The notes beneath the pieces were generated by a model. The model did not search any database, was not told the DNA's origin, and was given only the letters and a program-made list of their open reading frames with translations. A stretch of DNA of 40,640 nt, from contig JAEKKP010000089.1 of NCBI GenBank assembly GCA_019510315.1, positions 1-40,640 of the forward strand, in the 5' to 3' direction. Source of the stretch: Propionibacteriales bacterium. GTDB lineage: Bacteria > Actinomycetota > Actinomycetes > Propionibacteriales > Nocardioidaceae. The translations under genes were made by a program, and so were the position numbers. This document shows positions 1 through 9,809 of this stretch, in pieces. The number at the start of each line of letters is the position of its first letter. Within the stretch, counting starts at the first letter, position 1.

Positions 1-342
1 AACGACGTGCTGACCCTGACGATGTGCGTGAACTACGGGGGCCGCGCCGAGCTCGCCGACGCGGCGAGGGCGCTGGCACAGGACGTCGCCGCGGGGCGGG
101 TCAATCCCGACCGGATCGACGAGCGCACCTTCGCCCGCTACCTCTACGTCCCCGAGGTGCCCGACGCCGACATGGTCTGGCGCACGTCGGGGGAGGAGCG
201 GCTCAGCAACTTCATGCTCTGGCAGGCGGCGTACTCGGAGATGGTCTTCAGCAACGTGCTGTGGCCCGACGTCGATCGCATCGCCTTCTGGAAGGCCATC
301 GAGGAGTACGCGAAACGGGACAGGAGATACGGGTCCGCCTAG
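1..342 (+). CDS. uppS: Isoprenyl transferase (undecaprenyl/decaprenyl diphosphate synthase), 5'-truncated by the window edge
   Basis: NYGGRAE, RTSGEERLSNFMLWQAAYSE and terminal RRYG motifs of cis-prenyltransferases. Confidence 0.95.
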   Translation, partial: NDVLTLTMCVNYGGRAELADAARALAQDVAAGRVNPDRIDERTFARYLYVPEVPDADMVWRTSGEERLSNFMLWQAAYSEMVFSNVLWPDVDRIAFWKAIEEYAKRDRRYGSA

Positions 343-728
343 GAGCAGCGGCCGCAGGTCCCGAAGATCTCCAGGGTGTGGCTGACGTCGGCGTAGCCGT
401 GGGCGGCCGCGACCGAGCGCGTCCAGCGCTCGACCGTCGGGCCCTCGACCTCGACGGTGGCGCCGCAGCTGCGGCAGACCAGGTGGTGGTGGTGGCTGCC
501 ACTGCAGCGGCGGTAGACGGCCTCGCCGGCCTCCGAGCGCAGGGTGTCGAGCTCCCCGGCGTCGGCCATCGCCTGCAGCGCCCGGTAGACCGTCGACAGC
601 CCGACGTTGTCGCCGCCGGCCTTGAGCGCCTCGTGGATCTCCTGTGCGCTGCGGAAGTCGTCGAACTCCTGCAGCACTGCGGCAACCGCCCGGCGCTGTC
701 TCGTCGGGCGAGGTCCATCAGCGGTCAT
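339..728 (-). CDS. zur: Fur-family zinc uptake regulator
   Basis: RPTRQR..FRSAQEIH..VGLSTVYRAL, HHHHLVCRSCG and C-terminal CxxC. Zur-type boxes lie upstream and the gene is near glyQS. Start taken at ATG 728, not the longer track ORF. Confidence 0.9.
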   Translation of the reverse strand: MTADGPRPTRQRRAVAAVLQEFDDFRSAQEIHEALKAGGDNVGLSTVYRALQAMADAGELDTLRSEAGEAVYRRCSGSHHHHLVCRSCGATVEVEGPTVERWTRSVAAAHGYADVSHTLEIFGTCGRCS

Positions 729-733
729 GGCGC

Positions 734-1027
734 TCACACGTCCTCGCACGGGATCGGCGGGTGGGTATGGATGTCCTCGCCGGTTTCGTGGTGGATGTGG
801 TCGCCGTGGTGGACGATGCCGTGCTCCTCGTCCAGCGCGGCGTGCTGGCGCTCCAGCACCCGGTTGAAGTAGCCCCGGATCAAGGGCCACACCAAGCCGA
901 GCAGCAGCCCGTCCAGCAGGATCGTCAGGGTGATCTCGACGGAGACGTGGGCGGGGTCGGTGAGGATCGACCAGTACTCCCGCAGGAACCCCTGACCGTG
1001 CGCTTCCGCCTCGAGTAGTGTGAACAT
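734..1027 (-). CDS. Small membrane protein (97 aa) with His/acidic-rich C-terminal tail
   Basis: One hydrophobic segment (VSVEITLTILLDGLLLGLVWPLI) followed by EEHGIVHHGDHIHHETGEDIHTH. It ends 5 bp before zur and its ATG lies 7 nt below a -10 box. Confidence 0.75.
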   Translation of the reverse strand: MFTLLEAEAHGQGFLREYWSILTDPAHVSVEITLTILLDGLLLGLVWPLIRGYFNRVLERQHAALDEEHGIVHHGDHIHHETGEDIHTHPPIPCEDV

Positions 1028-1064
1028 GACAATCATTATCGTTCGAAATGAGAATCATTGTCAA
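1027..1064 (-). promoter_or_regulatory. Tandem Zur/Fur boxes overlapping a sigma-A promoter (TTGACA-18-GATAAT-7-ATG)
   Basis: Plus-strand TGACAATCATTATCG (1027-1041) and TGAGAATCATTGTCA (1049-1063) resemble the actinobacterial 7-1-7 Zur palindrome TGAAAATCATTTTCA. On the minus strand the -35 is at 1059-1064 and the -10 at 1035-1040. Confidence 0.85.
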
Positions 1065-1113
1065 CTCCCTGGAACGTCGATCGCCCGGTTCGGATGCCGA
1101 CTACGCTGCCCGG

Positions 1114-1419
1114 GTGCTCGTCGTGAACAGGTTCAGGGATCCGGATCCGGCCTTCCGTGCCGACCTGGAGGCGGCGCTGGCAGTGCTCTCCGCCCAGACC
1201 GGCTGCGAGGACGGCCGGCTCGGTCGCAACGTCGACGACCCGAGCCTCTGGGTGATGGTCTCGCGCTGGCGCGACGTCGGCAGCTACCGCCGGGCGCTCT
1301 CGTCGTACGACGTGAAGGTCGGTGCGGTCCCGCTGCTGAGCCGTGCGATCGACGAGCCGTCGGCCTTCGAGGACGTCGACGGCGAGCTCAACGAGTCCAT
1401 TCCCCGGAGCACGACCTGA
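1114..1419 (+). CDS. Antibiotic biosynthesis monooxygenase (ABM) family protein
   Basis: GRNVDDPSLWVMVSRWRDVGSYRRAL ABM-like pattern; likely leaderless GTG 6 nt after TACGCT. Confidence 0.8.
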   Translation: MLVVNRFRDPDPAFRADLEAALAVLSAQTGCEDGRLGRNVDDPSLWVMVSRWRDVGSYRRALSSYDVKVGAVPLLSRAIDEPSAFEDVDGELNESIPRSTT

Positions 1420-1514
1420 CGCGCAGTCGATAGGGTGTGCTCTTGCTCGCCGGCAGCCAGTCGGCAGACAGAGTCCTCATGGGCTCTCTGAGAAGCGTGC
1501 AGGAGCTGAACACC

Positions 1515-2927
1515 GTGGCCAACAAGCCCGTCTCCGTCGTCGACAACGTCGTCTCCCTCGCCAAGCGCCGGGGATTCGTCTTTCCCTGCGGCGAGATCTA
1601 CGGCGGCACCCGCTCGGCGTGGGACTACGGTCCGCTCGGCGTCGAGCTGAAGGAGAACATCAAGCGTCAGTGGTGGCGCTCGATGGTGCAGTCGCGCGAC
1701 GACGTCGTCGGCCTCGACTCGAGCGTGATCCTGCCGCGGCAGACCTGGGAGGCCTCCGGCCACGTCGCGACGTTCACCGATCCGCTGACCGAGTGCCAGT
1801 CCTGCCACAAGCGCTTCCGTGCCGACCACCTGCAGGAGGCGGTCTTCGAGAAGCTGTCGAAGAAGGACCCGAGCCTCGCCTCGCCCGACGACGTCGACCT
1901 GGCGACGGTGGCCTGCCCCAACTGCGGCACCCGCGGCGCGTGGACCCCGCCACGCCAGTTCTCCGGTCTGCTGAAGACCTACCTCGGTGTGCTGGAGGAC
2001 GAGTCGGGCCTGCACTACCTGCGGCCGGAGACGGCCCAGGGCATCTTCCTGAACTTCCTCAACGTCGTGACCTCCAGCCGCAAGAAGCCGCCCTTCGGCA
2101 TCGCCCAGATCGGCAAGAGCTTCCGCAACGAGATCACCCCTGGCAACTTCATCTTCCGGACCCGCGAGTTCGAGCAGATGGAGATGGAGTTCTTCGTCAA
2201 GCCCGGCGAGGACGAGGAGTGGCACCAGCACTGGATCGACGAGCGGATGAAGTGGTACGTCGACCTCGGCATCCGGGCGGACAACCTGCGGCTCTTCGAG
2301 CACCCGGCCGAGAAGCGGAGCCACTACTCGACGCGCACCGTCGACATCGAGTACCGCTTCAACTTCGCCGGGTCCGAGTGGGGCGAGCTCGAGGGCATCG
2401 CGAACCGCACCGACTACGACCTCACGGTCCACTCCAAGGCCTCGGGCACCGACCTGTCGTACTTCGACCAGGCGCAGAACGAGCGCTACACGCCGTACGT
2501 CATCGAGCCGGCGGCCGGCCTGTCGCGGAGCCTGATGACGTTCCTGGTCGACGCCTGGACCGAGGACGAGGCTCCGAACACCAAGGGCGGTGTCGACAAG
2601 CGCACCGTGCTGCGGCTCGACCCGCGGCTCGCCCCGGTCAAGATCGCCGTGCTGCCGCTGAGCCGCAACGAGGACCTCACACCGCGTGCGAAGGCACTTG
2701 CGGCCGAGCTGCGCCAGTCCTGGAACGTCGAGTTCGACGACTCCGGGGCGATCGGCCGTCGCTACCGGCGCCAGGACGAGATCGGCACGCCGTACTGCGT
2801 GACGGTCGACTTCGAGAGCCTGGAGGACGGCGCCGCCACGGTGCGCGAGCGCGACTCGATGAGCCAGGACCGGATCTCGCTCGACGGGCTGCGCAGCTAC
2901 TTCGCCGAGCGCTTGGGCGCGTGTTGA
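1515..2927 (+). CDS. glyQS: Glycine--tRNA ligase (homodimeric type)
   Basis: [64 protein letters not shown]; AGGAG upstream of GTG 1515. Confidence 0.97.
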   Translation: MANKPVSVVDNVVSLAKRRGFVFPCGEIYGGTRSAWDYGPLGVELKENIKRQWWRSMVQSRDDVVGLDSSVILPRQTWEASGHVATFTDPLTECQSCHKRFRADHLQEAVFEKLSKKDPSLASPDDVDLATVACPNCGTRGAWTPPRQFSGLLKTYLGVLEDESGLHYLRPETAQGIFLNFLNVVTSSRKKPPFGIAQIGKSFRNEITPGNFIFRTREFEQMEMEFFVKPGEDEEWHQHWIDERMKWYVDLGIRADNLRLFEHPAEKRSHYSTRTVDIEYRFNFAGSEWGELEGIANRTDYDLTVHSKASGTDLSYFDQAQNERYTPYVIEPAAGLSRSLMTFLVDAWTEDEAPNTKGGVDKRTVLRLDPRLAPVKIAVLPLSRNEDLTPRAKALAAELRQSWNVEFDDSGAIGRRYRRQDEIGTPYCVTVDFESLEDGAATVRERDSMSQDRISLDGLRSYFAERLGAC

Positions 2928-2953
2928 GCGAGCGGGTTGTGCACAATGTCCGG

Positions 2954-3631
2954 GTGACTCACCCCCTACGTCGTGCCGGGCGCCGTGCCGTCCTCCGTTG
3001 CTCCGTGCTCGTCGTCGCGGGCGCACTGGCCCTCGCAGGCTGCGGCGGGGAGGAGAAGCCGACGACCAAGCCGACCGTCACCCTGCCGACCGCCAACGTC
3101 AACGTGCCGGCCGGAGTCGAGCTCACCAAGGCCGGGACGCAGCTGAAGTTCGGCGAGAAGGCGACCGTCGCGTACGAGCCCAACTCCGAGCGCAACACCG
3201 TGCTCGAGATGACGGTCAACACCGCGACCGAGGGGACGATCGCCGATCTCGGCACCTATGTGCTCGACGACCGCACCAAGGCCTCGACCCCCTACTACGT
3301 CAATGTCACCGTGACCAACGTCGGCGACGGCGACGTCGGTCAGACGCCGATCCCGCTCTGGGCGGTCGACGACGCCAACACGCTGATCCAGGCGTCCAGC
3401 TTCACCAATGCCTTCACCCCGTGCCCGTCGACGCCGCTGCCGACGACCTTCGCACCCAACGCGACCGTGACCACGTGCCTCGTCTACCTGGTGCCCGACC
3501 ACGGCAAGCTGACCGGTGTGAGCTTCCGCCCGCTGCAGGCGGTCGCGCCGATCGTCTGGAAGGGCGACCTCACCCCGCCGGCCGCCGCGACGACGCCCAC
3601 CAAGAAGCCCAAGAAGAAGAAGTCGTCCTGA
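2954..3631 (+). CDS. Putative lipoprotein, beta-rich (DUF4352-like), with Lys-rich tail
   Basis: Lipobox LAGC after a basic and hydrophobic signal; CACAAT 6 nt upstream of GTG; ends KKPKKKKSS. Confidence 0.75.
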   Translation: MTHPLRRAGRRAVLRCSVLVVAGALALAGCGGEEKPTTKPTVTLPTANVNVPAGVELTKAGTQLKFGEKATVAYEPNSERNTVLEMTVNTATEGTIADLGTYVLDDRTKASTPYYVNVTVTNVGDGDVGQTPIPLWAVDDANTLIQASSFTNAFTPCPSTPLPTTFAPNATVTTCLVYLVPDHGKLTGVSFRPLQAVAPIVWKGDLTPPAAATTPTKKPKKKKSS

Positions 3632-4773
3632 GCGCTGGGCTGACCCTCGGCTCGGTGCGGGTCGACACTCCCGTGGTGCTGGCACCGATGGCCGGCATCA
3701 CCAATGCCGCCTACCGTCGTCTGTGCCTGGAGCAAGCAACAGCGCAGGGTGGCACCAGTCTTTTCGTCTGCGAGATGATCACCAGCCGCGGGCTGGTCGA
3801 GGGCGACGCCACCACCCGGTCGATGCTGGTCTTCGACGAGCTCGAGGACGTGCGGTCGGTCCAGCTCTACGGCACCGACCCGGCGTACGTCGGCAAGGCG
3901 ACCGAGATCCTGTGCGCCGACTACGGCGTCGCGCACGTGGACCTGAACTTCGGCTGCCCGGTGCCGAAGGTCACCCGCAAGGGCGGCGGCGCAGCCCTGC
4001 CGTGGAAGCGGTCGCTGCTCGGCGAGATCCTCCAGGCCGCGGTCACGGCCGCCGGCCGGTACGACGTACCGGTGACCATGAAGACCCGGATGGGCATCGA
4101 CCCGGAGCACCTGACCTACCTGGACGCCGGCCGGATCGCCGAGGAGTCGGGAGTCGCCGCGATCGCGCTGCACGGCCGGACCGCGATCCAGGGATACTCG
4201 GGCGCCGCGGACTGGGACTCGATCGCCCGCCTCGTCGAGCACGTCTCGATCCCCGTGCTCGGCAACGGCGACATCTGGGAGGCCGCCGACGCGCTCCGGA
4301 TGGTCGAGCAGACCGGCGCCGCGGGCGTGGTCGTCGGCCGTGGCTGCCTCGGCCGGCCCTGGCTGTTCCGCGACCTGGCCGCAGCCTTCGCCGGCTCCGC
4401 GATCGCGACCCTGCCGACCCTTGGTGAGGTGCGCACGATGATGCATCGCCACGCCGAGCTGCTGTGCCGGCACATGGGCGAGGAGCGCGGCTGCAAGGAG
4501 TTCCGCAAGCACGTGTCGTGGTACCTCAAGGGCTTCGCCGCCGGCGGGGAGCTGCGGAACTCGTTGGCTCTGGTCTCCACGATGGCCGAGCTGGACGCGC
4601 TGCTCGCCGAGCTGGAGCCGGACGAGCCGTTCCCGACGTCGATCCTCGGTGCTCCACGCGGTCGCCAGGGCAGCCCGCGCAAGCGAGTGGTGCTGCCGGA
4701 GGGCTGGCTCGAGGACACCGACGGACGCGGGGTCGTGGTGCGCGAGGACGCGAACGAGACGACCGGCGGCTGA
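3628..4773 (+). CDS. dusB: tRNA-dihydrouridine synthase B (start uncertain: CTG 3628 or GTG 3655)
   Basis: VVLAPMAGITN, DLNFGCPVPKV, LHGRT, GNGDI, GRGCLGRPWLF, RKHVSWY. Confidence 0.93.
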   Translation: MSAGLTLGSVRVDTPVVLAPMAGITNAAYRRLCLEQATAQGGTSLFVCEMITSRGLVEGDATTRSMLVFDELEDVRSVQLYGTDPAYVGKATEILCADYGVAHVDLNFGCPVPKVTRKGGGAALPWKRSLLGEILQAAVTAAGRYDVPVTMKTRMGIDPEHLTYLDAGRIAEESGVAAIALHGRTAIQGYSGAADWDSIARLVEHVSIPVLGNGDIWEAADALRMVEQTGAAGVVVGRGCLGRPWLFRDLAAAFAGSAIATLPTLGEVRTMMHRHAELLCRHMGEERGCKEFRKHVSWYLKGFAAGGELRNSLALVSTMAELDALLAELEPDEPFPTSILGAPRGRQGSPRKRVVLPEGWLEDTDGRGVVVREDANETTGG

Positions 4774-4932
4774 GCGCTCGGCGGTGACCTGGCGCACGTC
4801 CCGTGGGCCGACTCACGTGCTCTGCTGTCCGTTTTGTGGGCACTTGGATTGGTCTTCGTGCCCCGGGCCGTGTTCTGATGGCTGCGCCCTCCCCGAGAGG
4901 GCACGCCCTTGTAGTCAACGTTAGGACGACTC

Positions 4933-5775
4933 GTGACCCGAGGCAGACACAGCCTTGCGCCACCAGCATCCAAGAACCGACGCCTTGCCTTTCTCGCCGC
5001 TCCGCTGGTCACCAGCGCGGTCGTCGGGGTCGGCATCGCGCTGTCGGGCAACGGCCCGACGCCGGTCGACCTGAGCCGCTACGCCGCCGACAACATCGGC
5101 TCGGCAGGAGCTGCCGCGGCCGCCGACCGCACGGTCGGGGTCTCGCGCGACACCGAGCGCCAGGAGGTCGCGACGCTCATCGACCCCAAGGTCACCGACC
5201 GGCTCTGGACCACCGTCGACCTCGACCTGCGGGCCACCCCCGACCAGGACGCCCACGTGCTCGGCGAGATGAAGGCCGTCTCGCAGGTCCGGATCACCGG
5301 CCAGCGCACCGGCGACTACGCGCAGGTCATCGTGCGCGACCAGGGCGCCCGGACGGTGGCGTGGGTGACCGCGGCGTACCTCGTCGCGAAGAAGCCCACC
5401 GACCCCGCCCACCTCCCGCTCAGCGACGCGCCCTGCCCCGACACGTCGGTCGAGTACCGGCTCACCTCCGGCGCCGTCCGGCTCTACCGCGCGGTGTGCC
5501 ACGCGTTCCCGCAGGTCACGCAGTACGGCGGCTGGGACAACCACGGCGAGCACAGCAGCGGCAAGGCGCTGGACATCATGACCAGCGACGTCGCCCTCGG
5601 GAACTCGATCGCGGAGTTCCTCCAGTCGCACGCCTCCGAGCTCGGCCTCTTCGACATCATCTGGCGCCAGCACATCTGGACCCCGGTGCGCTCGAGCGAG
5701 GGCTGGCGGTCGATGCCGAGCAGGGGCTCGGAGACCGCGAACCACTACGACCACGTGCACGTCTCCGTCAACTGA
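4933..5775 (+). CDS. Secreted/membrane-anchored cell-wall peptidase-like protein (SH3b-like domain plus M15/LAS-type C-terminal domain)
   Basis: N-terminal hydrophobic anchor; DLDLRATP..VLGEM..AWVTAAYL SH3b-like segment; Zn motifs H-x6-D (EHSSGKALD) and HxH (HYDHVHVS). Confidence 0.75.
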   Translation: MTRGRHSLAPPASKNRRLAFLAAPLVTSAVVGVGIALSGNGPTPVDLSRYAADNIGSAGAAAAADRTVGVSRDTERQEVATLIDPKVTDRLWTTVDLDLRATPDQDAHVLGEMKAVSQVRITGQRTGDYAQVIVRDQGARTVAWVTAAYLVAKKPTDPAHLPLSDAPCPDTSVEYRLTSGAVRLYRAVCHAFPQVTQYGGWDNHGEHSSGKALDIMTSDVALGNSIAEFLQSHASELGLFDIIWRQHIWTPVRSSEGWRSMPSRGSETANHYDHVHVSVN

Positions 5776-5846
5776 GGCTCCCGGCGGGTGAGCCCGTCGA
5801 AATCGGCTGGGCGGAACAGACCGCGCGACCCTAGGGTTGCTCCACT

Positions 5847-7634
5847 GTGAGCGACCCAGCCGCGTCCGGACGGACGACCCTGCGCGACGGGTTCGCCGTC
5901 CTCGGAGTCGCCATCCGGCGGGAGCCGTGGATCTTCACGGTCTCGACGCTGGGCAGCCTGCTGTTCGGCGCCCTCACCGTCGCGGACGCATGGGTGCTCG
6001 GCTGGGCCACCGACCACGTCGTGCTCCCGGCGTTCCACAAGGGCACCACCACGACCGGCGCCCTGCTCGCGGTGCTCGCGCTGTTCCTCGGCGTGGCGAT
6101 CCTGCGCGCGGTCGGCATCGTCGCGCGCCGGCTCGGGGCCGGGGTGATGCAGTACCGCATGCAGGCGGCCTACCGGCGCGAGGTGACGGCGCAGTACCTC
6201 CGGCTGCCGATGTCGTGGCACCAGCAGCACCCCGCGGGCCAGCTGCTGTCCAACGCGAACTCCGACGTCGAGGCGGCATGGGCTCCGATCGCTCCGCTGC
6301 CGATGGCCGTCGGCACGCTGGCGATGGTGGCGATCGCGGTCGTCCAGATGCTGCTCGTCGACCTGCCCATGGCAGCCGTCGGCCTCATGGTGTTCCCCCT
6401 CGTCACCGCCGCCACGCTGACGTACCAGCGGTTCTCCTCGCCGCTGTTCACCCGCATCCAGGCCCTGCGCGCTGAGCTCAGCGAAGTCGCGCACGAGTCC
6501 TTCGACGGCGCCATGGTCGTCAAGACCCTGGGCCGGGAGGCCGAGGAGACCGAGAGGTTCGCCGAGAAGGCGCAGCAGCTGCGCGACCTCGGCATCCGAG
6601 TCGGTCGCATCCGCGCGATCTTCGACCCGCTGCTCGAGGCGATCCCGGGCTTCGGCGTGCTCGCGGTCCTCGGCGTCGGCGTCTGGCGGATCCGCAACGG
6701 CCAGGCCGATCCCGGCGACCTGGTCACGATCGCGTACCTCCTGACCATCGTGGCGTTCCCGATCCGCTCGATCGGCTGGCTGCTCGGCGAGTTCCCGCGC
6801 TCGGTCGTCGGGTTCCGCCGCGTCCACCGCGTCCTCGACGAGCACGTCGACACGACGTACGGCGACGTGCGGCTGCCCGTGACCGACGGCGCCGCGCGGC
6901 TCGACGTCGACGGCCTGCAACACTCCTACGTCGCCGGGCAGCGGCTGCTCGAGGACCTCTCCTTCGTGATCGAGCCGGGGCGGACGGTGGCGATCGTGGG
7001 AGAGACGGCGTCCGGCAAGAGCACGCTCACGACGTTGCTCACCCGGCTGGTCGACCCCGTCGGCGGACGCGTGCTGCTCGACCGCACCGACCTGCGCGAC
7101 CTCGCTCGCGGTGAGCTCGCCCGCCACGTCGCCCTGGTGCCGCAGACGGCCTTCATGTTCGACGACACGGTGCGCGGCAACGTCACGCTGGGGGAGGACG
7201 TCCCCGACGAGGACGTCTGGGCGGCGCTCCGCACGGCGCAGGCCGACGGGTTCGTCGCGGCGCTGCCGCACGGTCTCGACTCGCGCCTCGGCGAGCGCGG
7301 CACGACGCTGTCCGGCGGCCAGCGGCAGCGGCTCTCCCTCGCCCGGGCCCTGGTACGCCGGCCCCGGCTGCTGATCCTCGACGACGCGACGTCCGCCGTC
7401 GACCCGGAGGTCGAGGCCCGCATCCTCGCCGCGATGCGCACCAGCCGGGACGCCGGCTCAGCGCCGTCGACCCTGGTGCTGATCGCCTACCGCAAGGCGA
7501 CGATCGGGCTGGCCGACGAGGTGCTGTTCCTCGCCGACGGCCGGATCGCCGACCGTGGCAGCCACGCCGACCTGCTTGCCCGCAACCCGGCCTACGCCCG
7601 GCTCGTCAACGCCTACGAGGAGGTGCCGACATGA
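5847..7634 (+). CDS. ABC exporter, fused permease/ATPase subunit 1
   Basis: TM domain, Walker A GETASGKS, LSGGQRQR, degenerate Walker B LILDD. Confidence 0.93.
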   Translation: MSDPAASGRTTLRDGFAVLGVAIRREPWIFTVSTLGSLLFGALTVADAWVLGWATDHVVLPAFHKGTTTTGALLAVLALFLGVAILRAVGIVARRLGAGVMQYRMQAAYRREVTAQYLRLPMSWHQQHPAGQLLSNANSDVEAAWAPIAPLPMAVGTLAMVAIAVVQMLLVDLPMAAVGLMVFPLVTAATLTYQRFSSPLFTRIQALRAELSEVAHESFDGAMVVKTLGREAEETERFAEKAQQLRDLGIRVGRIRAIFDPLLEAIPGFGVLAVLGVGVWRIRNGQADPGDLVTIAYLLTIVAFPIRSIGWLLGEFPRSVVGFRRVHRVLDEHVDTTYGDVRLPVTDGAARLDVDGLQHSYVAGQRLLEDLSFVIEPGRTVAIVGETASGKSTLTTLLTRLVDPVGGRVLLDRTDLRDLARGELARHVALVPQTAFMFDDTVRGNVTLGEDVPDEDVWAALRTAQADGFVAALPHGLDSRLGERGTTLSGGQRQRLSLARALVRRPRLLILDDATSAVDPEVEARILAAMRTSRDAGSAPSTLVLIAYRKATIGLADEVLFLADGRIADRGSHADLLARNPAYARLVNAYEEVPT

Positions 7635-9433
7635 GCGTGACCACGGGCGCCGCCGCCACCTCGATGGCCACCGGCGACGAGATCTCCGCCTGGCAGACGA
7701 TCAAGCGCGGCACGGAGATCTCGCCGGAGCTGAAGGAGGGCTTCTGGGGGACGATGGGGTTCGCGCTTCTCGGGACGGCCGGCCGGGTCGTCGTACCGAT
7801 CGCTGTGCAGCAGACCCTCGACCGCGGCATCAACGGACCCCACGGCCTCGATCTCGGGTTCGTCACCGTGATGGCGTTCGTGGCCGCCGCTGCCCTCGTG
7901 CTCACCGGGGTCGCGTCGTACCTGATGACGGCACGCCTCTTCACCACCGCCGAGCGCGGACTCGCGACGCTGCGGATCAAGGCCTTCCGGCACGTGCACG
8001 ACCTGCCCCTGCTCACGCAGAACACAGAGCGTCGCGGGGCACTCGTCTCGCGGGTCACCAGCGACGTGGACCAGGTCAGCCAGTTCCTCGTCTTCGGCGG
8101 GATCATCGGCATCGTCAGCGTCGGCCAGATCGTCGTGGCGACACTGATCATGCTCTACTACAGCTGGCCGTTGACCATCGTCGTCTGGGTCTGCTTCGCG
8201 CCGCTCTTCCTCTCGCTGCGCTACTTCCAGCGCCGGCTCTCCGACGCCTACGGGCTGGTCCGGCGCATGGTCGGCCAGATGCTCGCGGCGGTCTCCGAGC
8301 CGGTGGTCGGCGCCGTCGTCGTCCGCACGCACGCGATCGAGGGCCGCACCCAGGCGCGCATCGACGACGCGATCGCGCGCTACCAGGACGCGAGCACCAA
8401 GGCGCAGGGGTTCACCGCGTTCTCGTTCTCCCTCGGTGGCGTCTCGGCCGGCCTGGCCAACGCGCTCGTGCTGATCGTCGGCATCTGGCTCGGCTTCGCC
8501 GGCGACATCACCTCCGGCAAGGTGCTCGCCTTCGCGTTCCTCGTGACGATGTTCGTGAGCCCCGTCCAGATCGGCACCCAGGTGCTCACCGACGGGCAGA
8601 ACGCCATCGCCGGGTGGCGTCGCGTGATCGGCATCCTGGACACGCCGGCCGACCTCGACGACCCGGGCGCCGACGGCGTGCAGCTGCCCCACCAGCCGCT
8701 GGACGTGGTCTTCGACCACGTCGACTTCGCCTACCCCGGTGGGCCGCTCGTGCTGCGCGACGTCGACCTGCGGATCGACGCGGGCACGCGGGTCGCGGTC
8801 GTGGGGGAGACGGGGTCGGGCAAGACGACGTTCGCCAAGGTGCTCACCCGGCTGATGGACCCGGTCGCGGGAGAGGTCCGGCTCGCCGGCCAGGACCTGC
8901 GCACCGTCACGTTCGACTCCCTGCGCCGCCGGGTCGTGCTGGTGCCGCAGGAAGGGTTCCTCTTCGACTCGACACTGCTCGCCAACACGGCGTACGGCGA
9001 CCTGGCGGCCGGGCCCGACGAGGTCCGCCGGGCCGCGGCCGAGCTCGGACTCTCCGACTGGCTGGACGGCCTGCCGCTCGGGCTGGACACGAGGGTCGGC
9101 CAGCGCGGCGAGTCGATGAGTGCCGGCGAGCGCCAGCTGGTGGCGCTGATCCGGGCCCACCTCGCTGATCCCGACCTGCTCGTGCTCGACGAGGCGACGA
9201 GCGCGGTCGACCCCGCCCTGGAGATGCGCATCGGCCGCGCGCTGGAGGCCTTGATGTCCGGCCGCACCAGCGTCACCATCGCGCACCGGATGTCCACGGC
9301 GGAGAACGCCGACGAGGTCATCGTCTTCGACCAGGGCCGCGTCGTGCAGCGGGGCCCGCACGCGGCGCTCGTCGCCGAGGGCGGCGTGTACGGCCGGCTC
9401 CACTCTTCGTGGGTTGCCCAACAGGGCGTGTGA
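7631..9433 (+). CDS. ABC exporter, fused permease/ATPase subunit 2
   Basis: [27 protein letters not shown]; ATGA overlap with subunit 1, consistent with a heterodimeric exporter. Confidence 0.93.
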   Translation: MSVTTGAAATSMATGDEISAWQTIKRGTEISPELKEGFWGTMGFALLGTAGRVVVPIAVQQTLDRGINGPHGLDLGFVTVMAFVAAAALVLTGVASYLMTARLFTTAERGLATLRIKAFRHVHDLPLLTQNTERRGALVSRVTSDVDQVSQFLVFGGIIGIVSVGQIVVATLIMLYYSWPLTIVVWVCFAPLFLSLRYFQRRLSDAYGLVRRMVGQMLAAVSEPVVGAVVVRTHAIEGRTQARIDDAIARYQDASTKAQGFTAFSFSLGGVSAGLANALVLIVGIWLGFAGDITSGKVLAFAFLVTMFVSPVQIGTQVLTDGQNAIAGWRRVIGILDTPADLDDPGADGVQLPHQPLDVVFDHVDFAYPGGPLVLRDVDLRIDAGTRVAVVGETGSGKTTFAKVLTRLMDPVAGEVRLAGQDLRTVTFDSLRRRVVLVPQEGFLFDSTLLANTAYGDLAAGPDEVRRAAAELGLSDWLDGLPLGLDTRVGQRGESMSAGERQLVALIRAHLADPDLLVLDEATSAVDPALEMRIGRALEALMSGRTSVTIAHRMSTAENADEVIVFDQGRVVQRGPHAALVAEGGVYGRLHSSWVAQQGV

Positions 9434-9455
9434 CCCGATCGGGGATACTCGCCGC

Positions 9456-9809
9456 GTGAGCTCCCTCGACCCGGCCGTGGCCGCCCGCCTCAAGCGCAAC
9501 CAGCAGGGCCTCGTCCCGGCGATCGTGCAGCAGCACGACACCGGCGAGGTGCTGATGCTCGGCTGGATGGACGACGAGGCGCTCCACCGCACGCTCACCA
9601 CGGGCCGTGGCACGTTCTGGAGCCGGTCGCGCCAGGAGTACTGGGTCAAGGGCGAGACCTCGGGCCACCGGCAGCACGTCGTCGAGGTGCGCCTCGACTG
9701 CGACGGCGACACGCTGCTGGTCAAGGTCGACCAGGAGGGTCCGGCCTGCCACACCGGGGCACGCACGTGCTTCGACGCCGACCTCCTCGTCGCCTCGACC
9801 GATGGCTGA
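9456..9809 (+). CDS. hisI: Phosphoribosyl-AMP cyclohydrolase
   Basis: [36 protein letters not shown]. Confidence 0.96.
   Translation: MSSLDPAVAARLKRNQQGLVPAIVQQHDTGEVLMLGWMDDEALHRTLTTGRGTFWSRSRQEYWVKGETSGHRQHVVEVRLDCDGDTLLVKVDQEGPACHTGARTCFDADLLVASTDG

Noticed and set aside
729-1064. N-terminal extension of Zur (241-aa track ORF)
   Set aside because: The extension is Arg/Pro-rich nonsense that overlaps the better-supported 734-1027 gene and the promoter
1420-1514. T-box or glycine riboswitch before glyQS
   Set aside because: Too short, and lacks the GGTGGNACC T-box and glycine aptamer motifs
4774-4932. c-di-AMP (ydaO) riboswitch upstream of the wall peptidase
   Set aside because: Expected conserved segments (GAATCC..GGGGGA, CCCGTCAGCTAAC) are not present
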